A DNA stretch of 64,000 nucleotides. Origin: a virus. Taxonomy: Duplodnaviria > Caudoviricetes. Under the pieces are notes generated by a model. The model ran no database searches and was not told the origin of the DNA. It saw nothing but the letters and a program-made list of their open reading frames with translations. Shown here piece by piece: positions 37,427 through 45,911 of this stretch (position 1 is its first letter; each line of letters starts with the position of its first letter). Where the stretch lies: positions 32,001 to 96,000 of the IMG/VR virus record IMGVR_UViG_3300042691_041259, one strand, 5' to 3'. The position numbers and the translations under genes were made by a program.

Positions 37427-38642
37427 CTTGTATCAGATCACTAATTTCTTCGTTCTCGATATCTCCAAGCGATGCTATATTTGGCAGCTTAAACATATTT
37501 TGAATGAACGTTTCATCAAGTTGTTTTAACAGCTCCTTAGTAAATACTTTTGCTGTGAAGAGTTCTTGTGGCTTAATTACATCGAATAGGTGAGCAACCG
37601 CAATAGTTCTTGAAGTTTCTTTTGCTTCCAAGTAAAACTTATCCTCAGTGCCATCCTCATTCTTGCGAATAATCTCAGTAGCTTTTACTTCGGCATGCTT
37701 TGGATTGTCTTCTTTGTAATACTTCAGGAAGTCCTTTTCCGCAAGCAGCTTTCCTCTTTGGATTCCACAGTTTTCCCAGCTTAAAAATTGCTCCAGTCCA
37801 ACATAAGGATTCATACCTTTGTAGAAGCTGATGTGAAACTTGATAGGTAATGGACGAGCAAAACGGTTTTTTGCAGGCTTTGAAGTTACAATGATACCAG
37901 TCTTATTGGTTCCATCTTCTTTCAGTCCAGCCTTTGAAAGCTGTAAGATTACTGATGCATTATAGATTGCACCGCCTCCACCTGAAATTGTTTGCCCTGG
38001 AACATATGAACCGATAGTTGCATACGTGTGGTTAGTGAATACAAATGGAATTTTTAATTCTGCCAGGTCAGCTGTGATAACACGGAAGAGAGAACGCAAT
38101 TCCTGCTGCTTGGTCATATCTCGTTTGTCCGAACCGCTGATAGCATCGGAACGCTCTTTTGTAGTTGCCAGGTTACCCAAAGAGTCTAGTACCAACATAA
38201 TTTTTGGAAGCGCCTTTCCACCTTCTTTTGCTTTTTTCAATTGGTCGCATAGGTGAGCAACAAACTGTCGAACTTCAAGTGGAGTACTTACAGGTTGGTA
38301 GCGAAACTTTTCTGGATCCACGCCAAAATTTTGAATTATGTCCTGGTCCACCGCTGCTTCAGAATCGCAGTAAATGATATTGTAATCCATCTCCTGTGCT
38401 TCACGACAGATGTTTAACGCCAAGAAAGTTTTGCCAGTTCCAGACTCGCCAGCCAAGCAGATTGAACGGCTATTTGGAATACCACCAAAAAGAGATCCAC
38501 TCAGCTGAGCATTGAGTAGATAGTTTCCTGTGCTAATCCATTCATCAATTCGTGAGTATGAATTATTTGAAATTACCGATCCTTTAGAGTTGATTTTGGT
38601 CAGTTGTTCGTCGAGTTCGTTGAATGAGAATTCTTTTGCCAT
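37413..38642 (-). CDS. uvsX: RecA-like recombinase (T4 UvsX)
   Basis: ISTG...LN..LSG...GGIP, Walker A AGESGTGKT, DSE, LDSLGNL, NHTY, SGGGG..Y.AS. Confidence 0.95.
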   Translation of the reverse strand: MAKEFSFNELDEQLTKINSKGSVISNNSYSRIDEWISTGNYLLNAQLSGSLFGGIPNSRSICLAGESGTGKTFLALNICREAQEMDYNIIYCDSEAAVDQDIIQNFGVDPEKFRYQPVSTPLEVRQFVAHLCDQLKKAKEGGKALPKIMLVLDSLGNLATTKERSDAISGSDKRDMTKQQELRSLFRVITADLAELKIPFVFTNHTYATIGSYVPGQTISGGGGAIYNASVILQLSKAGLKEDGTNKTGIIVTSKPAKNRFARPLPIKFHISFYKGMNPYVGLEQFLSWENCGIQRGKLLAEKDFLKYYKEDNPKHAEVKATEIIRKNEDGTEDKFYLEAKETSRTIAVAHLFDVIKPQELFTAKVFTKELLKQLDETFIQNMFKLPNIASLGDIENEEISDLIQDDEN

Positions 38643-38646
38643 TATT

Positions 38647-38811
38647 TTACTTTATTTTTTTGACTTCCATCAAAATTAGTTCTAGATCAGTTATTACTGA
38701 GTACAATGGGTTTGATGGCTTGTTTTCGTATTCAATTTTTGCTAAGCTAATAGCGGCTGCAATGTTTCTTTCAATTGCATCAAAATTGGTTTCTTCTTTT
38801 TTCTTTGCCAT
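38647..38811 (-). CDS. Small hypothetical protein (54 aa, below ORF-track cut-off)
   Basis: MAKKKEETNFDAIERNIAAAISLAKIEYENK...MEVKKIK* exactly fills the gap between pol and uvsX. Confidence 0.7.
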   Translation of the reverse strand: MAKKKEETNFDAIERNIAAAISLAKIEYENKPSNPLYSVITDLELILMEVKKIK

Positions 38812-38812
38812 A

Positions 38813-39997
38813 TTAGAAGAGCTGTGTTCTTACAATAATTTCAGGTGAGATTGGTGGAAGACCGATTGCTGAAATGAAACGGTTCAGTGGTTCAATCAAT
38901 CCTTTGGAAAACTGTGTGTCGTAATCAACCGGAGGAGCAAGCTCAGCCGGGAAGTTTCCGGGAAGGAACGCAAATACGTTTTCCTCACCGCGTTCTGCTT
39001 TTGCATAATAATACCGCACCTTATCGCCTGAGCGAATGAGCTGGTATTTGCCTTTCCACTTAGAAGTATTCAACAAATAATTATGGTAACCAGCCGCTCG
39101 AACGTGGATTGGACAACCTGAATTGATTACCAATTTCTTTCGATCTTCGGATATTCCTTTTTCATAGTCGCCAACGGCTGAAGAGAACGAAACGTTCTCA
39201 ATGTTTTCCATAATGAATGTTTGCTTTTCCTTCTTTAAGATTTCCGCAAAAGCTTTCAAATTAAGTTTGTTCTTTTCCCGGAAAATGTATTCCAGCATAG
39301 TCTTCATTCGAAGACGAATGAATGAAGGAGTAGACGACTGCGCAATTTCAACGCCTTTTGCTTTAATTTTCTTTTGAGGTTCATAGAAAACTCCAGGATC
39401 TTTCCAACGAATGTCCAATACATACTTTTTCTTACGAAGGAAGATTGCAGAATATGAGATTGTTTCCATCTCAAGATCTTGTATGTTCTCAGTTCCCCAT
39501 AATTCGGCATATCTATCAAATGCTTTTTTAAGGTAGTCCTTTAGTCGATGATTATAGACGCCAAGAACAAAATTAGTTGGATCCTCACCAGCCCAGTCCG
39601 AGCCAAACAGAGGTTCCTGAAAAGAAACGTAAGCCGAATCGGTGTCGCCATAGATTGTGACTTCGCCTTTTACAATTTCGGCTTTCGTAATACCAAGCTT
39701 TTTGTGGAGCTCAGTATCACGATGCCAAAATTCTTGGAAATACCTGTTAATGGTTTTAGATACAAACTTAATAATGTCTTGACCTTGCAGCGTAATGGCT
39801 TCCGCAACTCTTACATTATAGCCTACAAAGTAAGGCGATGCCGTTGCACCATAGATTGAGTTGATGAAGATTTTTATTGCCTGCTCCTCGTTAGTTTTTT
39901 CATTCATTACAAGGCTCAGTCGAGCAATTTCAGCCTGGATTTCTTCTCGCGAAGAAGCCGCTGGATCAATTTTACAATGTTTGTATTCTATCGTCAT
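38813..39997 (-). CDS. Family B DNA polymerase, C-terminal subunit (gp43B-like)
   Basis: Motif B KIFINSIYG, motif C IYGDTDS, KKKY, KAKGVE; lacks exonuclease and motif A. Confidence 0.92.
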   Translation of the reverse strand: MTIEYKHCKIDPAASSREEIQAEIARLSLVMNEKTNEEQAIKIFINSIYGATASPYFVGYNVRVAEAITLQGQDIIKFVSKTINRYFQEFWHRDTELHKKLGITKAEIVKGEVTIYGDTDSAYVSFQEPLFGSDWAGEDPTNFVLGVYNHRLKDYLKKAFDRYAELWGTENIQDLEMETISYSAIFLRKKKYVLDIRWKDPGVFYEPQKKIKAKGVEIAQSSTPSFIRLRMKTMLEYIFREKNKLNLKAFAEILKKEKQTFIMENIENVSFSSAVGDYEKGISEDRKKLVINSGCPIHVRAAGYHNYLLNTSKWKGKYQLIRSGDKVRYYYAKAERGEENVFAFLPGNFPAELAPPVDYDTQFSKGLIEPLNRFISAIGLPPISPEIIVRTQLF

Positions 39998-40572
39998 ACT
40001 TTTTTGGCGTGTGTATTACCGTTCATCAATTCTTCTTTTTGTTTTCTAAGGCGTTCCGCCTTTGGATTTTCACGCCAAAATCTTCTAAGTGATTCAGAAC
40101 GTTTTCTTTTGGTGTCTTCACTTTGCTGATGAGATCTGAGAGTTTCAGAGATTTTTGAATTTGTTTCTGGAGTTCTCTTCCATTTTCCATATTTGCCTTT
40201 ACCGCTTTTAGAAAGCGCAGCTTTATGAGATTCCGAAAGAGGCCGGTATTCCCGCTTTTTATCGTGTTTTATTCCAAAAGTTCCATATCCACCACCTAGT
40301 TTTAGATTCATGCACATTGGATCATCTAATACTTCTTGAGTTACTAATTGAGATTCACGCAATTTTAATTTTTCACGGTCATCGCAAAATTCAAGTATTT
40401 CAATTGAAAAATTTTCTCGGCCATGCTTTTTAATAGCTTTTGCTAGTAATGTGCCACTTCCGATATATCCATCATTCAGATTAGACGTGGAATGCATTCC
40501 AATGTAAAACTTTCCGTTTACCTTATTTGTAGTTTTATACACGTAATGATAGGTGTGCGGTTTTCTTGGCAT
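39994..40572 (-). mobile_element. Free-standing GIY-YIG homing endonuclease (Seg-like) with NUMOD3-like tail
   Basis: HYVYKTTNKVNGKFYIGMH.T....DGY.GSG..L..AIKKHG..NF..EILE...E; C-term SE..K..LS / TK.K.SE repeats. Confidence 0.92.
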
Positions 40573-40612
40573 TTGATAGTATAGTTATTTTGACTATATA
40601 TCAAATGCCAAG
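40565..40612 (-). promoter_or_regulatory. Translation-blocking hairpin with embedded late promoter
   Basis: Perfect 14-bp inverted repeat (40565-40578 / 40599-40612) plus 6 bp after one bulge; covers ATG (40570-40572); GATATATA at 40595-40602. Confidence 0.8.
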
Positions 40613-40625
40613 GAACAAAAAGAGT

Positions 40626-41375
40626 CTACTCCGCTTTTCCGATGATTGTTTTTGTTTCTGTTTCGATTGATGAGAAAACGATACGGTCTCCTGAGAGGTA
40701 TGCAATTGCATCCTCACGATCCAAGAAGCCGAACTGGTTTTTGTAGATCGAAATTGAAACATCATCAGTAGGCTGATCAATATGCATCAGGGAAAGATCA
40801 TAACTGCGACCGGTAACTTTTACCTGGCCTTTGTTTACATCCAGTGTAAGCAACTTGTGGTCGCTATCAATTGTTGAGATGGATGAAATACGCTTCTGAT
40901 GTTCTTTGGTAAGAACAAAGTTGATAGGAGCAGACTCCGTGTTTGAGATACGGTCCATCATTTCGTCAGTGATGTGTGTAAACAAACGAAGACTTGCGCA
41001 TTGGAAGTTGATTTTCAAGCTTGGGCTTGAGAGAACCACCTCAGTACCAATCATGCCATCAGCAGTGTTTTCATACTTCAGGATAAATTCCACATCGGTG
41101 TCAGAAAAATGCTTGAATGCGTCAGTCAATTTGTCAACGCTGAAAATACCAAAAAGAACATTCTGTCCTGTGGCATTAGCAGATTCCATATCAAAAATCT
41201 GACTCATGTCAATTTTTGAAGATTTTACTACGCTACGTTCCGGCGTGTGGGTTTTGGCTTTAAGATAGCCGTTTTCAATTTCGAGAAGCAGTGTGCTCTC
41301 GATTGATGAGAATCGCTTAAGAAAGTTTGTGAACTCAGAAGCTGACTTTACTTTAAATGTGATTTGTTCTGCCAT
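40626..41375 (-). CDS. gp45: Sliding clamp (T4 gp45-like)
   Basis: 249 aa; FLK.FSSI...L.....L.....S.V....I...F......FGIF....L pattern; replication neighbourhood with gp44 present. Confidence 0.65.
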   Translation of the reverse strand: MAEQITFKVKSASEFTNFLKRFSSIESTLLLEIENGYLKAKTHTPERSVVKSSKIDMSQIFDMESANATGQNVLFGIFSVDKLTDAFKHFSDTDVEFILKYENTADGMIGTEVVLSSPSLKINFQCASLRLFTHITDEMMDRISNTESAPINFVLTKEHQKRISSISTIDSDHKLLTLDVNKGQVKVTGRSYDLSLMHIDQPTDDVSISIYKNQFGFLDREDAIAYLSGDRIVFSSIETETKTIIGKAE

Positions 41376-41393
41376 TTTACTTTTTGTTTGATT

Positions 41394-41419
41394 TTATATT
41401 CAGAAGTTAAACTTAGTTT
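41394..41419 (-). promoter_or_regulatory. Bipartite promoter AAACT-N13-GAATATAA upstream of clamp
   Basis: Exact motif, 13-nt spacer. Confidence 0.6.
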
Positions 41420-42069
41420 TAGATGATGTCATCAACCAGGCCATTCTTACGACAGATAGCTGAATTCCACCAGATGTCATGTTTCAAAATCTCATCCAAT
41501 TTCTCGGCCTTGATTTTAGTGCGTTCTAAATACCATTCTTTCATGGTCTTCATAATCTCCTCGTTGCTTTTGTAACTGTCTTGCAACTCAGTAAATTTAC
41601 CCCATGAAGAATCGCTCAGCTCATGAATGAGCATATAAGCGTTTTTGCGCATCAGCCTACGAGTTCCTGAAGTAGAAATAACAGTGGCAGCAGAAGCCGC
41701 ACAGCCTTCCACAATAGTGACTACGGGAACGGTGGTCTTGATCCTCTCAATGGTATCTGCGATTGCAAACGCCGAAAAGAGTTCTCCACCATAAGAATTG
41801 ATGTGCAACCAGATAGGTGGCGGTGAATTCACTTCATACATACTGTTGAAGACTCCAGCCAGGTTTTGCATAGAAGCCTGGTGCAGCTTTTGATTCAACA
41901 GCAAAGCAGACTCGGGAGTTACCGGTGCATAGAAGTAAATGTGATCTCCGTGAGTAGAGATAAGTGGATTACTTTCGTAGTAGTCCTCGTTACGCTTCGA
42001 GCGTGGATGTTTGAGATTCTGCATCTCGTTGTTCATTGGATCCATAATGTTCATTGTAAAACTTGTCAA
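41419..42069 (-). CDS. clpP: ClpP-like protease (true start possibly 42024)
   Basis: LHINSYGG...A.AI.D.I...V.T...G.AASAAT.I...G..R.M..NA..LIHE..G. Confidence 0.85.
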   Translation of the reverse strand: MTSFTMNIMDPMNNEMQNLKHPRSKRNEDYYESNPLISTHGDHIYFYAPVTPESALLLNQKLHQASMQNLAGVFNSMYEVNSPPPIWLHINSYGGELFSAFAIADTIERIKTTVPVVTIVEGCAASAATVISTSGTRRLMRKNAYMLIHELSDSSWGKFTELQDSYKSNEEIMKTMKEWYLERTKIKAEKLDEILKHDIWWNSAICRKNGLVDDII

Positions 42070-42382
42070 CTGCTACTTCCAGGTCTACATACAAAGGAAA
42101 GTTTTGTACCATATCTTCAATTTTCATGGTTCTGAATTTTTCATCAGTTCCATAAATGGCAACACCTTCGCCTCTTGCGTAGTACTGAACAGCAATAAAT
42201 TTTCTGTCATTTACTGAAATGTGCCAGGCAACATTTCGCGTTGTTGATTTAGGAATTTTAACAAGCTTCCAGGGCTTGGACTTTCGATCAAAGGTAGGGT
42301 TGAGATTGATCTCACGCATTACCTTTACATGAACGTCTGTTAGGTTGCCCGAAGGCGTTTCTCTAGATGTTGTAATTCGCAT
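41990..42382 (-). CDS. Hypothetical protein
   Basis: Starts immediately after gp52 stop. Confidence 0.6.
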   Translation of the reverse strand: MRITTSRETPSGNLTDVHVKVMREINLNPTFDRKSKPWKLVKIPKSTTRNVAWHISVNDRKFIAVQYYARGEGVAIYGTDEKFRTMKIEDMVQNFPLYVDLEVAVDKFYNEHYGSNEQRDAESQTSTLEA

Positions 42383-43780
42383 TTATTCTTCGTTTGATGT
42401 TTCCGTTTCTTCAGTCTCAAGGTCTCCGTCCCAGAGTTCAATTCCGTCAATTTCGCCTTCATCCTCAAATAGGTTTGTGGCGGCAGCCTTACTCATAGTA
42501 CCGCGTTTTACGGCAGTGTCCTCCATTTTTGCAAGTTCAGTAGTTGCTACTGCAAGTTCTTTTGCCTGGTCGGAAACTTGTTTCTCGAGTTTTGCAATTT
42601 CCTTGCGAGTCCGTTCAAGCTCTTGTGAGTTAAGGGATTTCAGATAGATAGATTCCAATCGACGCTTTACTCTTGAATTGGAAGTAACCTTTTCCAAGAA
42701 CTTGTCAACCTCGGTTTCTCCACGTTGCTTTTCAAGCATATATACCAGGTACTTCTCTTTACAGCGTTGAAATTCCAACTCATCATTGGCTTCCAGCATA
42801 AAGTGTTCAGCACGTTTTACTCGCAACTGAGCAATACGGTACTTAAAATCTGTGATGTAGTCTTCAATTCGGTCGTACTCGAGAACTAATCCGTCTTTTA
42901 CAAATACTGGTGTTTCTGTTACTAGCATTTTTGTGCCTTTCATAATTGCGTCAGAAAAAGCATTCCAGCCTTCAAGGTCACCAGAATATCGAAGGAGAAT
43001 ATCCACATTTGTAGAGGAATTGTTAGTTACCTTTACTCCAGGATGGTAGTTCATTATTGAATCCAGCTTCTTTAGGAACGAACCGTACTTCATTAAAGGA
43101 GGAAGCTCGGTAACTCGCATCCATCGTTCAGCATCATTCTTTTCAACTACGCCTTCAATCAGCCATGATTTATTAAGACCTTGATAACGTGTGATTTTTC
43201 CGTTAAAGCCTTTAAACACTGGCTTAACCTCAGTGATTTTTCCATCCAAGAACTTCTGTACATCAGAAAGACTTCTTGGCAATACTGTGGTTTTGTAACC
43301 TACGGCAATACCGATGATAGTGGTTGTTAGACCAATTGGCAAGTCAACCCAGAGAGGATCCCATCCAGTCTCGTCATTTCGAGTATTAAGGAATACGTTC
43401 TTTCGAATTGTTTCCGAAATGCCCGGAGCAATTTTTACAGAGGTATAACGAGCAGCTGAAGGTTCTTGTTGAACTGGTGTTCCAAAGAATCCATCACCTA
43501 GTAGCAGCTGTTCCGAGCAACCAAACGGACGAGCCAGTTTATTAACCGCTCCCGTAAGTGATTTGTCACCGTGGTGATATCCATCAGAAATGCAGGATCC
43601 TACTACCGAAATTGTTTTATTGAAATTGGAAGGAGCGTTAACCAGAATGAATCTCTGAACATTAGTCAAACCATCATAAAAAGATGGAATGCCTCGGTTT
43701 TCCAATACGTACAATGCGTAATTTCGAAAGTTTGTGTTAATCTGCTTTGAAATGGGTAAGTTGTAGATTTTTTTCGCCAT
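42383..43780 (-). CDS. gp52: Type II topoisomerase, GyrA/ParC-like subunit (T4 gp52)
   Basis: RGIP..YDGL..VQR, YHHGD, G.FG.....SAARYT (catalytic Tyr), GIAVGY. Confidence 0.95.
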   Translation of the reverse strand: MAKKIYNLPISKQINTNFRNYALYVLENRGIPSFYDGLTNVQRFILVNAPSNFNKTISVVGSCISDGYHHGDKSLTGAVNKLARPFGCSEQLLLGDGFFGTPVQQEPSAARYTSVKIAPGISETIRKNVFLNTRNDETGWDPLWVDLPIGLTTTIIGIAVGYKTTVLPRSLSDVQKFLDGKITEVKPVFKGFNGKITRYQGLNKSWLIEGVVEKNDAERWMRVTELPPLMKYGSFLKKLDSIMNYHPGVKVTNNSSTNVDILLRYSGDLEGWNAFSDAIMKGTKMLVTETPVFVKDGLVLEYDRIEDYITDFKYRIAQLRVKRAEHFMLEANDELEFQRCKEKYLVYMLEKQRGETEVDKFLEKVTSNSRVKRRLESIYLKSLNSQELERTRKEIAKLEKQVSDQAKELAVATTELAKMEDTAVKRGTMSKAAATNLFEDEGEIDGIELWDGDLETEETETSNEE

Positions 43781-43801
43781 TTTATTTTATAGCATTTATG
43801 T

Positions 43802-43828
43802 TTATATTCAAATAAAGGATAAAAGTTT
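43802..43828 (-). promoter_or_regulatory. Bipartite promoter AAACT-N14-GAATATAA upstream of gp52
   Basis: Motif with 14-nt spacer. Confidence 0.55.
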
Positions 43829-43842
43829 CAAAAGCTATTAAC

Positions 43843-43875
43843 AAAAGAAAAGTCTCTACTTGCGTAGAGACTTTT
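43843..43875 (-). terminator. Rho-independent terminator after beta-barrel gene
   Basis: AAAAGTCTCTAC / GTAGAGACTTTT stem, GCAA loop on minus strand, T tail. Confidence 0.85.
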
Positions 43876-43896
43876 CCAATAGTGTTTGTTTTCAGT

Positions 43897-44535
43897 TTAG
43901 AAGTAGAGAGACAAGAAGATCGATCCGTCCAGGTTATCAACTCCAAGATTCAATGAAGTAGCTTTGTCAACCTTTCCGTAAGAAAGACCCCAGCCATATT
44001 CAGCACCGAGAGAAACTTTAGGTGCTACAAAATACTGTGCACCCAAGAAACCGCGAACGTTTACGTCAAAAGCATTTGGGGCTTTCGTTTCTACAGAGCT
44101 TATAGTAGTTTTTCCATTTGAAAAGCCAACTCCAGCTTCAGCTCCATAAAAGCCTTGCAAACGGCCATGACCACGGAAGTTCTGTACGCCTGCACCAAGA
44201 GCAATGCTTGTACCGGTAGTCTTTACTGAATCAGCTGATGTATTTGTATAACCAATTCCAACTTTTACACGGTAAGCCTTGGTATCAGTCTTCATATAGC
44301 TACCAGTAATGGTGTTGACGTTTTGGTACGCCATGTTTACGCTATTTTCGCTGTGACCGATAAAGTTTCCAAAGTAGTTCAAAACAGGGGTTGCATCAAA
44401 ACCAAGCGAACAGTCGCCGGCTTGTGGAAGAATAGCCTTGCCAGTCTTGTTACAACATGCAGCTGGCGTTTCCACCTGTGCATTAGCAATAGTGAGCCCA
44501 AATACAAGGGCAATCGTCAAAAACAGATTTTTCAT
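43897..44535 (-). CDS. Outer-membrane beta-barrel protein (OmpA/porin-like, about 8 strands)
   Basis: Signal peptide MKNLFLTIALVFGLTIANA|Q, alternating hydrophobic beta strands (YRVKVGIGY, FYGAEAGVGF, FLGAQYFV, VSLGAEYGWGLSY), C-terminal ..IFLSLYF BAM-type signal. Confidence 0.85.
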   Translation of the reverse strand: MKNLFLTIALVFGLTIANAQVETPAACCNKTGKAILPQAGDCSLGFDATPVLNYFGNFIGHSENSVNMAYQNVNTITGSYMKTDTKAYRVKVGIGYTNTSADSVKTTGTSIALGAGVQNFRGHGRLQGFYGAEAGVGFSNGKTTISSVETKAPNAFDVNVRGFLGAQYFVAPKVSLGAEYGWGLSYGKVDKATSLNLGVDNLDGSIFLSLYF

Positions 44536-44572
44536 TTGATTGATTTGTTTGTTTATGTTTATTTAGCAGTAG

Positions 44573-44598
44573 ATATATTCACAAAATGTAAAAAGTTT
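44573..44598 (-). promoter_or_regulatory. Bipartite promoter AAACT-N13-GAATATAT upstream of beta-barrel gene
   Basis: One mismatch to motif, 13-nt spacer. Confidence 0.5.
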
Positions 44599-44601
44599 CA
44601 C

Positions 44602-44629
44602 AAAAAAAGAGGCTATTGTTAATAGCCTC
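44602..44629 (-). terminator. Rho-independent terminator
   Basis: GAGGCTATT / AATAGCCTC stem followed by T7 on minus strand. Confidence 0.8.
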
Positions 44630-44635
44630 CATTTG

Positions 44636-44893
44636 TTAAAGATTCTTTAAAATCTCTGCCGTACTTTTTATTGTGTCCTCCACTTCCGTTCGTTTAGAAT
44701 CATCCATGACTACGGTGATTACTACCCGATCTTTAGACTTACCGTCGGGCTGATTGTCAAGTACCTCAGCTCCAAGAGGTTTAAGGTCGTTCAACAAATT
44801 GAACGTGTTAAAGTCTTTACCGACTTTCAGCAAATAGCGGTACTGCTTTTTGCCTTCATAAAGAAACTCTACGTAATTTGATACGTGTCTCAT
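44636..44893 (-). CDS. Small protein with capsid-targeting-like N-terminus
   Basis: Begins MRHVSNYVEFLYE; remainder a small alpha/beta (ACT-like) domain. Confidence 0.7.
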   Translation of the reverse strand: MRHVSNYVEFLYEGKKQYRYLLKVGKDFNTFNLLNDLKPLGAEVLDNQPDGKSKDRVVITVVMDDSKRTEVEDTIKSTAEILKNL

Positions 44894-45249
44894 TTAAGAG
44901 TCAATAAGTATTTGAGTTTGTCAAGCGCTGCTTTGATCTCATCGCAAATGTTCTTTAATTCGCTATCGCCATCTGCAATAAACGCGTTAGAGAAGAAGTC
45001 CAGCAAGCCATCAATAAAGGGTTCAACTTTAATGTTGTCAATATCGGCAACCGCAATCTGCTTCATGCCACCAAACTTGGGACGGCCATACTTACCGCTA
45101 TATGCTTCAATCAAGCTGTCAAACAGCTCATCCAATGTATCGTAAGTCATGCCAAAAGCATTATGCTCTGCGTAGCTTTCTGTTTGCCAGTGTAATACTC
45201 GCAACTGTGCCTGGATTTGTAGCACGTTATTTAAGAGTTCTTTTTCCAT
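44890..45249 (-). CDS. Ferritin/Dps-like four-helix protein (DUF5856-like)
   Basis: LRVLHWQT.SYAEH.AF...YD.L....D...EAY.GKYG. Confidence 0.75.
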   Translation of the reverse strand: MEKELLNNVLQIQAQLRVLHWQTESYAEHNAFGMTYDTLDELFDSLIEAYSGKYGRPKFGGMKQIAVADIDNIKVEPFIDGLLDFFSNAFIADGDSELKNICDEIKAALDKLKYLLTLK

Positions 45250-45305
45250 TTATCTTTTTTGGTTTTTACGCTTCTTGTATAATCATTGCATCAATGATAT
45301 GACCT

Positions 45306-45623
45306 TTATTTGTTTACCCAAGCACCTTCTTCTCCGTATGTGTATACGGCAACTTCGGAATTGTGCTTAACCGCAATAAGTTCCATTTTGTCCCAGTCTG
45401 AATCCTTCTTCAACTCATCAGCTACACCGGATTGATCGTATTTCTTTAACTTCTTGTCAAAGTCTTTTCCAACCGCAGTGTCAACCACCTGCCATGCATT
45501 GTCATCTCCGTATACAAAGGCAGTATTGCCAGGTTTTACTTGGTCAAACGACTTTGGATTGTATTTAACAGCTTCGCTCATAGAATCGCTGATGAAGCTT
45601 TCATATGTTTTAATATGTTTCAT
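45306..45623 (-). CDS. Small protein with capsid-targeting-like N-terminus
   Basis: Begins MKHIKTYESFISD. Confidence 0.8.
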   Translation of the reverse strand: MKHIKTYESFISDSMSEAVKYNPKSFDQVKPGNTAFVYGDDNAWQVVDTAVGKDFDKKLKKYDQSGVADELKKDSDWDKMELIAVKHNSEVAVYTYGEEGAWVNK

Positions 45624-45649
45624 TCCTTTGATTATTTTATTTGTAGAAG

Positions 45650-45877
45650 TTAGTCTTTGTATTCAGCTCTTTCCTCGGCCTTTGCAGCATCAATGATATC
45701 GATGATGCAATCTGCTAATCTATCTGCATGTTTATAGTCTAAGATTGCTCCAGTTGCTTGTAGCTCCTTTTCCAAAGCTTCCACAGCTACTTTAACTTCA
45801 CCTTCCAAACTTGGTCTGATAGCTTTTGTTATTGCTCCTTCATTTAAGAAGTTCTCAAATGTGCGTACGTGCTTCAT
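45650..45877 (-). CDS. Small protein with capsid-targeting-like N-terminus
   Basis: Begins MKHVRTFENFLNE. Confidence 0.8.
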   Translation of the reverse strand: MKHVRTFENFLNEGAITKAIRPSLEGEVKVAVEALEKELQATGAILDYKHADRLADCIIDIIDAAKAEERAEYKD

Positions 45878-45898
45878 TCTTTGATTTTTTTTACCTAC

Positions 45899-45906
45899 TA
45901 TATATC
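45899..45906 (-). promoter_or_regulatory. Putative late promoter GATATATA upstream of tagged-protein cluster
   Basis: Exact 8-mer 22 nt before ATG at 45877. Confidence 0.55.
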
Positions 45907-45911
45907 TTAGG

